The notes beneath the pieces are model-generated. The model worked only from the letters and a program-made list of their open reading frames with translations. It searched no databases and was not told where the DNA came from. 64,000 bases of DNA from the NCBI GenBank assembly GCA_001938485.1, contig MQRK01241883.1:5103-69102 (forward strand), read 5' to 3'. The stretch's first letter is position 1. Each line of letters begins with the position of its first letter. Source of the stretch: Girardia tigrina. Taxonomy: Eukaryota. The translations under genes were made by a program, and so were the position numbers. Positions 1 to 11,500 of the stretch are shown in pieces.

Positions 1-77
1 TTTTTATAATTATTAAAGTATTTTTAAATATTTTAAATTAAACAAAAATATAAAATACGATAATCCAGAATGCGTAC

Positions 78-644
78 ATTGATCGTGCCCGTCGATTTCG
101 GCTTGAACTCTACGCCCGTCTCCTCGCACATCTGGGTCTTGCGCAGCGGCGTATTCGACGTTTTGATCTGCTTTGATTTGAGAGCGAAATACGCGCTGTC
201 GTCAGGCGGCATCACGTTGCAGCGCACGCTCACCCGCCCGATGATCGCTTTCTTCTTGTACCGGGGTTTCTTGGCCGCCCCGTGGCCCGGGTCGATATCG
301 GACGATTGTAGGATGAACGTCTTACCGTCGCGCGATCCAATCGACAGATTCTTCGTTCGATCTTCGCCTTTGATATTCACTTTCTCTGTGACGCCTTGAA
401 TGATCAACTTGTTTACTGTGGGAATTTCTTTGTTCTTGATGAATTCCGGATTGCATATCAATTTGTAAACGGCTTCTTTGTCTTTGTCTTTGTCTTGATC
501 GACAACGATTTTCGCGACAGTCGAATTGTCGGGCGAATTCATCCATTCATTCGATAAATAATTTGGTATCTTAACAAGCCAAACTTTATCTTCGCATTGG
601 GATGCATCGACTGAATAAACGGCATCGTCTTCGGGATCAATCAT
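78..644 (-). CDS. GTF2F2: General transcription factor IIF subunit beta (RAP30), first coding exon; gene continues beyond the left window edge
   Basis: The translation contains the RAP30 N-terminal motifs KVWLVKIPNYLSNEW and IIGRVSVRCNVMPPDDSAYFALK. Likely ATG at 644 (MIDPEDD). A phase-0 GT donor (AAT|GTACGC) at 77 is followed by AT-rich intron; the C-terminal winged helix is not in the window. Confidence 0.88.
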
Positions 645-1083
645 TTTTGAATTTAAAACTGCGTTTAGTGATTTAAAGAATTTCGTGTATTTAAACAAAC
701 GTACTTATTTTTTTCGGATAAATTAATGGAAATTTTTTAATTCTTTTCAATGTTTTATAGTAACTTGCTTTTTCTGTATCCATGAGTTATAGAAACCTAT
801 TTTTGAAGGATTTTCACTCAATCAATGTTCTCCAAGATTTGCACGCTTACTCATTTTTGATGGCAATGAATGTTAATCAAAATAGTAAATAAAAAAAAAT
901 TTGGCAAAAAAACTTTTTACGAATTTAAAAAATAATTTAATTGTTTTAAATAGAAATATTTTGGTTTGTCTTCCTTCTTTATAATAAATTAATTATCTTA
1001 TTAGTAAATGCTTAATTGCAAAATGGTGGAGTAAAAACTTTTTGTATTACATTTTTCCTCATACAAAAGATTTAAATAGTTAC

Positions 1084-1985
1084 TGTGAGGAATATTTGGT
1101 GTGTTTATGTTTTTGTGTATTGTTTGCATGTTTTAATGTGTAGTGTTTATTTTGGATTGTGGCTCTCCTAATAAGATGGATTATGAATATATTAATTCTG
1201 ATAATCTGAAACTAATTTATTCAGATTTAGATTTAATATTCAAATTTTTAATTTATTATGATTGGAAATTTTAAATAATTTTATTGATTTTATTTATGTA
1301 AATTTTTAAATAATTAAAATCAAATTAATGTATTAAATGATTATCAAAAGTAATTTCATTTTAACCCATAAAATTTAAATTAATGTTTTAAATAAAATAA
1401 TTCTCTTCAATTTAGTTTTGATTTTGGATGAAAAGTATTAGACATTGAGTGATGAATTTAAGTAAAAGCAATATTCTTGATTGGCATAGAGATGATCAAA
1501 ACTGAATGTAATAGTGTGGAATTTTTGGAATGTTTGATATTTGTATTTGAATGTTGTATGTTGATTTGGAAATGTGTCTCTACTACCCATATGGCTGATT
1601 AATATTTTAATTCTTATTATCTGAAAATATGTAATGTTTAGATTTATTTATAATTTAAAATAATTGTAAAATTTTAAATAAGTTTATTAATTTATTCCCA
1701 ATTTTTAAATAAATAAATTGAATTAATATGTTTTAAATAAATAATAATCATTTTAATTTTATGCAATAAATTTTTGAGTAAATATTTTAATAAAGTATTT
1801 ATTTCTCCATTTACTCAGATAATAAGATTAAAGTCAGTAATTAATAGACTGATGTAAACTTACGAAAGCTTTAAAAAAGATTGTCCAAAGGACAATCAAA
1901 CTTGTTGTAATTGTAAAAATGTTAAGTCATATTGGTGATCTTAATAGTAATAAAGGTTCTACCACATGTGTGAGTTCTCTTAACA
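1084..1985 (+). mobile_element. Solo LTR, family A (outer copy), interrupted by a second family-A solo LTR
   Basis: Starts TGTGAGGAAT, ends CTCTTAACA; flanks GTTAC/CTTAC (5-bp TSD, one mismatch); homologous to 44381-44820 and 60661-61145. Strand is by convention. Confidence 0.75.
1513..1946 (+). mobile_element. Solo LTR, family A (nested inner copy)
   Basis: AGTGTGGAAT...CTTAATA flanked by a perfect GTAAT TSD (1508-1512, 1947-1951); colinear with 44381-44820. Confidence 0.8.
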
Positions 1986-2103
1986 CTTACTAATCACATA
2001 ATAAATAATATTACGAAATGTTATAGTAATTTTCCCTTCTACAAAAGATAAAGAAAAAATTCAATTGGCCAAGTGGAGTTCTGTCCGCATAAAGCATGGA
2101 TAT

Positions 2104-2318
2104 TGTGAGATATTACAAAATTAAATTAAAACTAATTAAATAAAATATTACTTAATCAACAAATTTATAATATTTCTAAATATATAAATATACAACTATT
2201 ACCGGGTCGAGAACAAGTTAACCTTTGACTCTCCTTTATTTAGTATATAAACTATGTATGTGTGTTTGTATGCTAGTTTAATAAATATATTGTAGAGTAC
2301 AATCTTTGTCTTCTAACA
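2104..2318 (+). mobile_element. Possible solo LTR
   Basis: TGTGAGA...TTCTAACA termini with internal TATATAA and AATAAA; same 3' octamer as the LTR ending at 25100. No TSD found. Confidence 0.35.
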
Positions 2319-2359
2319 TATAAAAGAAAAGAAATTATCTTAAAAAACATCACTAAAAT

Positions 2360-3310
2360 TGTGATTATTAAACTCTTGGGTGATTGAGAATATCGTAATA
2401 ACAATTTATTTATATCACAAGAGTTTCAAACCGTTTGCTGAATTCTGATTATTTAAACAATTTTCTGAAATTTCCACTACACTCTCCCGTGCCTTCAAGG
2501 CACAAACGCATACGCCGTCTGTGCACTGGAGAGTAACACTCTGATCTGGTTCTATCACTCCTGTGTATACATAATCTTCAGATCTCGCAGGCCGAAGGGT
2601 CGCTCGATTCGGCCTCCGTTGCAGCACCTCGTCGGATTGAGTCTGATTGATTTAAACGGCATCCGTTACGCTTTTTAATGTCTGCTCGTCCTCCTGGTTT
2701 GAGCTGTCACTACAGTCTACTGTATTCGTCGATCTGTGGACCGCTCGCGAACTTGATAACCCCTTCGCTAATATTGTTGACCCACCCTCTAGCACGCGTT
2801 TCATGTGTGACACGTGAAACGGGACCCCGTCAATCTCGACTTGATGGGGATGGCGGAACCCACTCACGACTGTTTGTCTCTACTTAGTCATGCACGTAGC
2901 GTTCGCCGGTTTCACGAACACGGCATTTCCTACTTGTAAATATCTCGTCTACCCAACTCCAGTGTCCTTTGGGAGCTGCACCGCTAAATCGACCGGAAGA
3001 GGCAATCGCCGCCGTTGTGCAAACGCTGTGGACGCCGTAATCAAGCCCGTCGAATTCGATGTGGCGTTGTACTACGCAACCATATTGTGGACACGCTTCC
3101 CACTTCGCGCCGCTATGCACTTGATGGTCCGATGGCAGCGTTCAACGATACAGTTTCAATTGGGTCTATTCGCACTCCGAAACCGCATTTCGAAGCCCAT
3201 TTTCGAAAACAATCCAATTGATCACCGCTTTCAGAGCGGCACATAAATCTCCATCGGATTTTGAAGCGATGCTTCTCCAAACTGAGAACCGTTCCGGTCC
3301 GCAATCGATA
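2360..3310 (-). mobile_element. Ty3/Gypsy 3' end: degenerate integrase C-terminus, PPT and short 3' LTR (about 2360-2481)
   Basis: Frameshifted integrase-like text (HRTIK..AARSG; VGNAVFVKP; VEIDGVPFHVSHMKRV). Purine tract GGCACGGGAGAG abuts TGTAGTGG at 2481; LTR ends ATCACA at 2360. Confidence 0.7.
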
Positions 3311-3503
3311 AGCTTCATTTAATTTCCCTCAGATGTATGTGTCAAGTCCATGGCGAGTTTTGATTGTTTTCTTTATAATATCATTTTTAATTTCAAAACA
3401 TTTGTATTTGTATACTTTTTAAAAAATAGTATTAAAAAATTAAAATTAACTCCTCATAGCATCTATTAATGTTTTGATAATTTTATTTTGTTGAAATTTT
3501 ATA

Positions 3504-4915
3504 TTATGTTTTTGGGAAGCATTTTCCACAATCGAAATGGATCTCCTTCGGGGCTCCGAATTTTAATATCCACTTTTGTAATATTGTTTGTACTAGAGTT
3601 TCCTCGTCTTGTCTTTTAATTGGTGTCAGACTCACATATTTACTAAAATGATCAATAATTCCAAATATATCTTTCTCTTCGTATAACTTCATTCCGTGGT
3701 CCATATTAAGAACACCAATTTGACTTTTCAAATTTTTATTCACACAACAATTTGGATTGTCCTTAAAACCATCCTTGTTAAAGCTTTCGTACGATTGTAT
3801 TCTAAACTAAATTGATTAATGAATTAATTCTTATTATTTTTAACAAACGGAGACATAAATAATTTATTAAAATTTTTACTCAAAACTTATTGGATAGAAA
3901 TTAAAATGATTATTAATTATTTTAAAAATATTAATTTGATTTATTTATTAAAAATTGTAAAAATTAATTATGTTATTTAAAAATTTACCATTATTTGAAT
4001 TTAAAAATAAATTTAATTATTACATATTTTTAAATAATAAGAATTCAAATATTAATAATCCATCTGGATAGTAGAGACACAATTATAAATCAACATGCAA
4101 CATTCAAACACAAAACATTCAAAATATTCCTCACAGTCCCCAAATATCTATATATATCTTCTAGAATGCTTCTGTTGCCGTTATTTTCTCGATTTCTTCT
4201 TTTACTTTCGTCGTCATTTCCTTTGTTTTTTGACAATCTATACACGTTCATATTACCTCTTTTTATTGTCTTCTTTCCATCCTCCATATCATACTTGTCT
4301 CTCAGGTATTCATATATTTTTTCTGCTTATGCATGACATAATAATCTGTGTGTTTGTATGATCAGATCTCTCCGTTTTTCTTCGGATGTCCATTCTTTCT
4401 GGTTCTTTCTTTCTCGACTTCTTGTTGTTACAGTTAATAATATTGTCTTATTCTTGCTCTTTTTGGCTTCCTCATGTTCCTTTTGACACTAGCTACACGT
4501 CAAACACTTTTGTCTTGATAACATATCTGTGTTGCTGTGCAATTCTTTCTTTCGGTATTTTATTTTGATATTTAAGCTACTTAAGCAGTTTATCGCCGTT
4601 TCGAATTTAGCTGTCAACGGCTTTTTCATACGTAACATGAATGTGATTGCTTTATGATCTGTTCTCAGTTAAATTATTTTCCAATATAGATAGTTGTTAA
4701 AGTGTTGGCAGAAATAGAATATGACTAAAAGTCCTTTCTTGATTATACAATAGCCCATCTCATGTGTCGGCATTGTGTGGGATTCATGTGCTATAACCGG
4801 TTCCCTACCTGATTCATTTGCCTGTGATAGTACTGCCCCTAGGCTGTCAAAACTAGCGTCTGTATCTAGAATGAACTGTTTCCTGAAGTCTGGAAAACTC
4901 AGTATTGGTGCCCCC
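3504..4915 (-). mobile_element. Ty3/Gypsy pol remnant (RNase H to integrase), split by a solo LTR
   Basis: APILSFPDFRKQFILDTDASFDSLGAVLSQ (RNase H), CIDCQKTK (integrase Zn finger), KIYIDIWG joined across the insertion to GIIDHFSKYV...WILKFGAPKEIHFDCG. Contains stops and frameshifts. Confidence 0.85.
3704..4135 (-). mobile_element. Solo LTR, family A, inserted in integrase
   Basis: Reverse complement of TGTGAGGAAT...CTTAATA; flanks GTCCA/GTCCC; its removal rejoins the integrase core text. Confidence 0.8.
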
Positions 4916-5117
4916 TATATATTAATTAATATTTTTTAGAGGTTAAATATTTTAAAAAATAACTTAGAAAAATTGTTCGAATAATCATGATTAAAAACAG
5001 AAATAAGAAAACCAATTAGAAGGATGACAAACGATGAAAGACTTTCTGAGAGTCATAATGACTCTAAATGTGATTGTAATAAAAATTCAAACGAGACTTG
5101 TTTAAATGTTCTTAATA
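4916..5117 (+). mobile_element. 3' part of a family-A-like LTR (subfamily of 61700-62103)
   Basis: Shares TTCGAATAATCATGATTAAAAA with about 62076-62097 and ends GTTCTTAATA like other family-A copies. Confidence 0.55.
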
Positions 5118-5119
5118 AT

Positions 5120-5480
5120 ATCCTTTTGTCTCGACCGATACATTCTCGTAGACAGGTACAAGTTCATGAGAAAGCAATCCAATTATCAAAAGCTCTTGTA
5201 CATTTTCTGGTGTTTTAGCCACCTTAAAATACCTTGAGCATGCTGCTATAAATGTTTCGATATTGTCTTCGTTCCGGTATTTTTCCGGTAGAAGTCTTGC
5301 AATCAGCTGATCTGGGTTGCTGGTTGTGGTCGCCATATTGGGTTCGTGATTAAAATTGAAAGTCATAATTTGCAAACTTTATTTCTAATACAACTTTCAT
5401 TATTCAAACAAATTTATGAGGAACAATATTTCAGTTACATAATCCAGATTTTAAAATTCTAAATATAAATAATAATATCA
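5120..5480 (-). mobile_element. Gypsy 5' end: family-B LTR end, PBS and gag N-terminus
   Basis: Minus strand reads GAACCCAATA-TGGCGACCAC; gag text MATTTSNPDQLIARLLPEKYRNEDNIETFIAACSRYF resembles the gag at 25100. Upstream LTR boundary approximate. Confidence 0.7.
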
Positions 5481-5879
5481 ATGTATATATATATATATAT
5501 TATTTTATTCAATTTTGCATAAATCATATTTTGTTTTATTAATTTTTACAATGTTTATTAAATGAAATATAAATTTAGATCTTTAAAAATATTTTAATGG
5601 ACATGTCCTGTAAAAATACAATTCATAAATAATTTTTTCTTTAATTTTAAATCATTAGATTATAAATTATTTTTTAATAAAACTTTCCGTGGACAATTAA
5701 CTTTAATAAAACATTATGATTTTTATTTTACAACTTGATTTTAAAATATTCAATAAATTATTTTTTAATAAAACTTTTCCATTGACAATTAAATTCAATA
5801 AATATTGTTTTAAATAGTGTTACAAGATATCAAAATCTTCTTTACAATATTCTTTAACTCCGAAGATGTTATTGTAATT

Positions 5880-6170
5880 GTGATTTTTTAAAACCTATTT
5901 TTTATAAAAAATTGTCCCAATTTAATTAAAATATTATCATTACGCTATAATTTTTTATAAAAATATTTCATTTTAATTAGTAAAAAATACTATTCTGTGA
6001 ACTATAATTTTTATAAAAATTATTTCAATTTAAATAGTAACAATATTACTTTTAAACCATATTTTTTTATGAAACCTTATTTATTTTAATTAGTAAAATA
6101 TTATCTATAAACTTAAATTTTTTTATATAAAAAGTTATTTCATTTTAATTAGTCGAACATTATTTTTAAT
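5880..6170. repeat. AT-rich tandem repeat, about five degenerate units of roughly 57 bp
   Basis: Recurring CTATAATTTTT(T)ATAAAAA...TTTCATTTTAATTAGTAAAA units. Confidence 0.7.
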
Positions 6171-6299
6171 TTCTCAAATATAAATATGATTTTTAATTAA
6201 AAAATATCAAAAATTTAAAGTTCACCAAAAGGAACCCCAACAATTATGACGATTAAAACAGGTAATTTTAGTACATGCATAAGGGAGAGCACGCACCGA

Positions 6300-6580
6300 G
6301 ATTGAAATTATACTGTTAGAGAATTACAAAACTGCAGAAATATGTCCAAGAGTGGCACATCATCCCTGAACAACACTGTTCCGGCTGGGGAGCTTCTCGC
6401 CCATCCTGGTCTCCAGAACCTGATGGCGTTTCAGACCCAGCAATACATTGTATATGTTGGGTGAGGGTAACGCGTCCGGCCGTTCGACATAGTTAGAACG
6501 GGTTGAGGTTAAACTCATAAAAATCTCGGGGGGCTCTGAGCAACTAAGAATGTTCCGAACAATAGACGGTCGTGATACAT
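6300..6580 (-). mobile_element. Possible non-LTR reverse transcriptase fragment
   Basis: GC-richer block; ...SRNSVVQG* resembles the RT GVxQG motif. Short and degenerate. Confidence 0.3.
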
Positions 6581-6584
6581 CACT

Positions 6585-8070
6585 ATGAATGCTAAAGCTC
6601 ACGGACTCATTAGCACAGATCTTATCAACATGTCAGAATCGAATGTCGTTATCAATCACGTTAAGTACGAAAATCTTGGACAAGTCAATTGCTACAAAAC
6701 CAGAATACGTGTTAAAGAGGAAAGTCACCCATGTTACTTTGAAACTAGAAATCTTCCAATTCAAATTCAGTCTTTGACAATGAATGAACTATTGGAAATG
6801 GAGAAGGCTGAAATCATCTCCAGAGTTGAAGGTGGTTCCGAATGGGCATCTCCAATTTTAGTCATCAAGAGGTCTGATGGATCTGTTAGGATTTGCGGTG
6901 ACTATAAAATGGGATTAAACAGCCGAATTTGTAGTGATTCGTATCAAATTCCTAATGTTGAAATATATCTAAGTAAAATATCTCGAATGAAAAAATGTGC
7001 TAAACTTGACTTGTCAGCTGTCTACTGGCAAGTGCCACTGGATGAATTATCCAAACCAATCATGACCACCAATACACCCTTAGGTCTTCACCAATTCAGT
7101 TGTTTACCTTATGGTATAAAATCCGTATCAGCCATCTTTCAAAAAACCATGGAACATCTCATTTGTGATTTATCTGGAATCATTATTTACCAAGATGACA
7201 TTCTAAAGGAAGCTACTGACTCAAAATCATTGGAAGAACTCAGTCGAAAAGTCAATTTACGCCTTAAACAAGCCGACTTATCAATCAATTTGGCCAAATG
7301 CATTTCGATGGTAGCTGAAATATCATTTCTGGGATACAAATTGGACAAAGATAGAGTAAAACCAGATGAATCCTTCGTACAAAAAATACTTGCTATTGAA
7401 ACACAGAGTAAAAAAAAAGATCTGGAGCGTTTCCTTGGGTTAGTGAATTTTTATTCTAAATTTGTAGAAAACTTCGCAGTTAAAGTGGCACCTCTTTATG
7501 AATTAAAGAGCTCAAACATATTCAAGTGGATTAATGAACACCACAAATGCTTCCTGAATTTAAAAAAAATCCTTGCTTCAGAACCTGTGATAAAGCATTA
7601 TGATCCAAACAAAGAACTCATACTGATAACAGATGCTTCTGAAATTGCTATTGGAGCTATTTTGACACAAAATGACCATCCAATTTTATATATTTCTAGG
7701 GAAATTATCTAAAGCTGAAGAAGCATATAGCACAATTGAAAAATAATCTCTTGCATTGTCATGGGCAGCACGGAGAGCCCGAAACTTTCTTCTCGGTCGA
7801 AAGTTTAATTTGATTACTGATCATGAACCACTAAAGTCCATATTCCATTCAAACATTGAAAGATTAGCAATTGATTTAATGTGATTCGATTATGAAATCA
7901 AACACCATAGTGATAAGACAATTGGACATCTGGATGCTCTTACCGGATTAAAATGTTCTAAAGAAAATACAGAGAGAGATTGTGAAGTGGATGTGAATCA
8001 ATTGATGCATTGGGACAACATTGATGTTTCGTTGAAAGAAATAAAAGAAGAAACATTACTAGACTCATTT
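6585..8070 (+). mobile_element. Ty3/Gypsy pol remnant (RT and RNase H)
   Basis: 375-aa ORF with SEWASPILVIKRSDGSVRICGDYK, LPYGIKSVSAIFQ, YQDD, FLGLVNFY and ITDASEIAIGAIL; continues through stops to LITDHEPL. Confidence 0.93.
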
Positions 8071-8154
8071 TTATTTAGAATATAATATCTAAATAATTTT
8101 AAATATAAAAATATTTTAATTAATTATTTTTGAAATTTTATATTATTTTTTGTA

Positions 8155-8186
<32 letters not shown>

Positions 8187-8579
8187 CATGGGTTTATAAA
8201 AATTATATATATTTTTTATACACTACACTGAAAAGTGTAGGATAAGGTATTTAAATAGAAAAGAAGTCCTGAGTAGTCCCCAAGATTCTAAGTGATTCTA
8301 AAATCGGCAGGGGCTACAATTACTCTTAGTATTTATAAAAAAAACTGTAAAAATTGTTAATAGATTTGGACCTTATAAAAAGATCATTTTGTTGTTTATT
8401 AAAAGAAAAATTGTTATAAAAACTCAACAGTATTAAAATGTATATAATACACTATTATACATCAGATTTTCATCTAAAAACAACAAAAATGTGATAATTA
8501 ACCAACTTTGTAGAAATATTAAAATGATACACTTTTCATTTTAAATTTGTTGCATAAAATGTTTCTGATCAAAAATTAT

Positions 8580-11500
8580 TTAAAAGCTTTTAATTAATTT
8601 ATAGGGATTGTTCTCTTCAATGTCCACAGAAGGTTTACTTGGTGAAGTGTAATCAAATTCCTTGGATACAGAAACGGACTTTGTTGCCGAATACTTTAAA
8701 CATGATATTTCAACCTTTTTACTAACATGAAAAATATTCTCATTTTCGACTGCATTTTTTATATCATTTATTGTTAAATTTGGTTTAATAAATTTTCTTT
8801 TTATTTGATTATTCTGAATAAACTTAACGGATATAAAAAGTATTATGACAAAAAGAAATAATATGGAGCAAATGATTGCACAAATGACGGCAATTGCACA
8901 TAAGTTAATATGATTGTTCACATCCTGTTTAATTTTGAGATGGGTTAAATAGGAATTATTTTGAGAAACATTTTCTGTTAAAGATTTTTTTTCATGGTTT
9001 ATTTGGGAAGGATTTGTTCTCCAAGATTTAATAAGATTTTTTTTCCTGATTATTGGCCATGGTTTATAAGTTGTATGAGTTGTCATTAAAGCAGTTGTAG
9101 TTGGAACCTGAAAATCTGAAAGAGAAAACAGGTAATTAAATAAATTAGAAAATTAAATACATTTTAGGAGTTTGCTTGGAAAAAGAGAATACCATTTGGA
9201 ATCGATACAGTAAAAAATATCTGATATATTTTTGTAAGTTACCACTGAATCTTCATAGTGGATCGAAACATTTTGTAATGATTTGATCTCAGCCGGTACT
9301 GTGCAACTGGAATCTTAAGTAAATAAATTAATGAGTAGTTCTACCATTTGGTGTAATTTCCTTTTAAAATAGGTTATCTATTTAAAATAATTGTTACAAG
9401 TATAATTTAAAAAACAATGTACAATAACAGAAAGGTTCTTATCTATTTTAAGTAAGGATGTACCAAATGCTGTTTTTCAAATTCAGAAGGATCTGAATCT
9501 GGAAATTTAACAACTTTCATCTGATGTCGATGTCATTTTGGAAGAAGAGGAAGAAAGTACACTGAAAGGGAAGAAAATTTCAACATATATCTCTAACAAG
9601 CAAATGCAGGGGAATATGCATTATATGAAATCGTAACTAGACATTCTATTTTTGCTCCCCCAAAATAATCCTCCTTTACTTGGTGAAGGTAAAACTGCGA
9701 AATTTGGATTAATTGAAATTGTAATCAATATTACTTGGGTAAGCAATGAATCATACAGAATTTTCAAGAAATTATTTCAATTAACATTACAGAAAGATGA
9801 TCATTTGGAAAAAAACCAATGATCTTCAAAAAATCAAAGGTACAATTTTAGTTACTCTTAAATAAGACTACTCCCCATTTTCGAAACATTATTCCGGAAT
9901 AAAGGGTCGTCTTATAAACGGTAATTATATCTAATAACAATGCTCAACAAACAAGGGAAATTTTTTCTGATGAATGACTTTTATCATGTGATGTTTACTA
10001 ATTCGAGGTCGCTGATTCTAAAATTTGTAACATCTCTTGTTTATGAGTTATAGCGTTCACTTAACATTCGATGTTTTATAGTGTTGATTTGCTGATAATT
10101 ACTTTTTTTACAGTGTTCTTAGTATAATATAATCAAGACGAGTTTATGTGAATAATCTGAATTATTTTTCTTTCATTTGTGCAGAATAAATGTTTAAAGA
10201 ATACTGTTTAAACGTTACAGCGTTTGTAAAAGAAGATTACATGAATTACTTTGGCCACCCTCTGGAAATGAAATATAAGTCTTGGGTTCCACAAAAAGTA
10301 TGCAAAACGCGCATTGAGTTTCTACTTTTGTGGACAAGTACAAAAAGGAATAAAATTAGATCGTTAATAAATGACTCAAATGTTAGAGAAATTATGACAG
10401 AGATTGAGAAAAAAACATGGGATGAGTTTTTCTTGCTTGTTCAAATTTTTTTGGAAATAAAAAAGGTTCTGACTATCCTCAACACGTCGAACAAACAATT
10501 AGTTACTTTCAAAGGGTAGGATGTAACACGAGTATTAAGTTATACTTATTCAATAATCACCTGGACTATTTTCTCTTAAATCTTTGAGATCTAAGTGAAG
10601 AACATAGCGAGTGTGAGGGGAAATTCGGAATGTTGTAAGTTTGTTGATTGTATTCTATTTAGATTTGTGACTCTCCTACTCAGATGGGATTGATATTTTA
10701 TTGATTGATTATTTGAAGCTAATGAAATTAATTTTTAAATACTAATTAATTAAAAATTTTATAATTATAAATTAATATATAATATTTTTAGTAAGCGATT
10801 TTAACTTATTAAATTTAATATATATTAAAATTAATGTTGATTTTAAAAATTACTTAATGCCTTTTTATCCAATAAAATTTTAAGAAATTAAAAGTTAGTA
10901 TTAAACTTGTCCCATTAATTAATTTTTAGATTTGAATACATAAACAAAAACTATATCAATCAAAGAAAGATGCTCATTGATAATGGTTGTAAAGAATCTG
11001 TTTGTGTTGTTAATAAATATTTAGGTGTTTAAAAAAATAATTATCTTTGGCTCTATATATTTATTTTAAAACAATTATTTTAAAAATCAATTATTTCACC
11101 TACACTCGAATTGTGATGTTGCTAATAATCATCAGACATGCTGTTGTGCAGTGTAATTTATGAGTATAATGTTTTTACACTTAATTTTTTTTACAATTAT
11201 TGCCATTCTGAATTCAACTGAGACTTTTAGATTGAATTTAGATTTGTTCCTTGTTGTATATGTTAAATTTTATTTGTAGTTAATTAAACTTCTTCGTTCG
11301 TGGCTGAATTGCAAACGTTTGTATTCTAAAAGTTTTTTTCTTATTAAATCGATATTTTTTCTCATTAAATTGATATTTTTTCGTATTAAATACATGATTT
11401 TCTTATTAAATCGATATTTTTCATATTAAATTGATTTTTTTCATATTAAATAGAAAATTTTTATATAAAATACATATTTTTTTCATATTAAATATTAATA

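Noticed and set aside
70-399. Plus-strand ORF antisense to TFIIF-beta (and similar antisense ORFs over TPPP, gag and mariner)
   Set aside because: Shadow ORFs expected opposite GC-richer coding sequence.
3504-3743. ORF-track proteins 3504-3743 and 4090-4287 as separate genes
   Set aside because: They are chimeras of integrase sequence and the inserted solo LTR 3704-4135.
11330-11500. Regular 20-21-bp repeats here and at 54750-54848 as a CRISPR-like array
   Set aside because: Head-to-tail units with no unique spacers, no cas genes, and a eukaryotic context.
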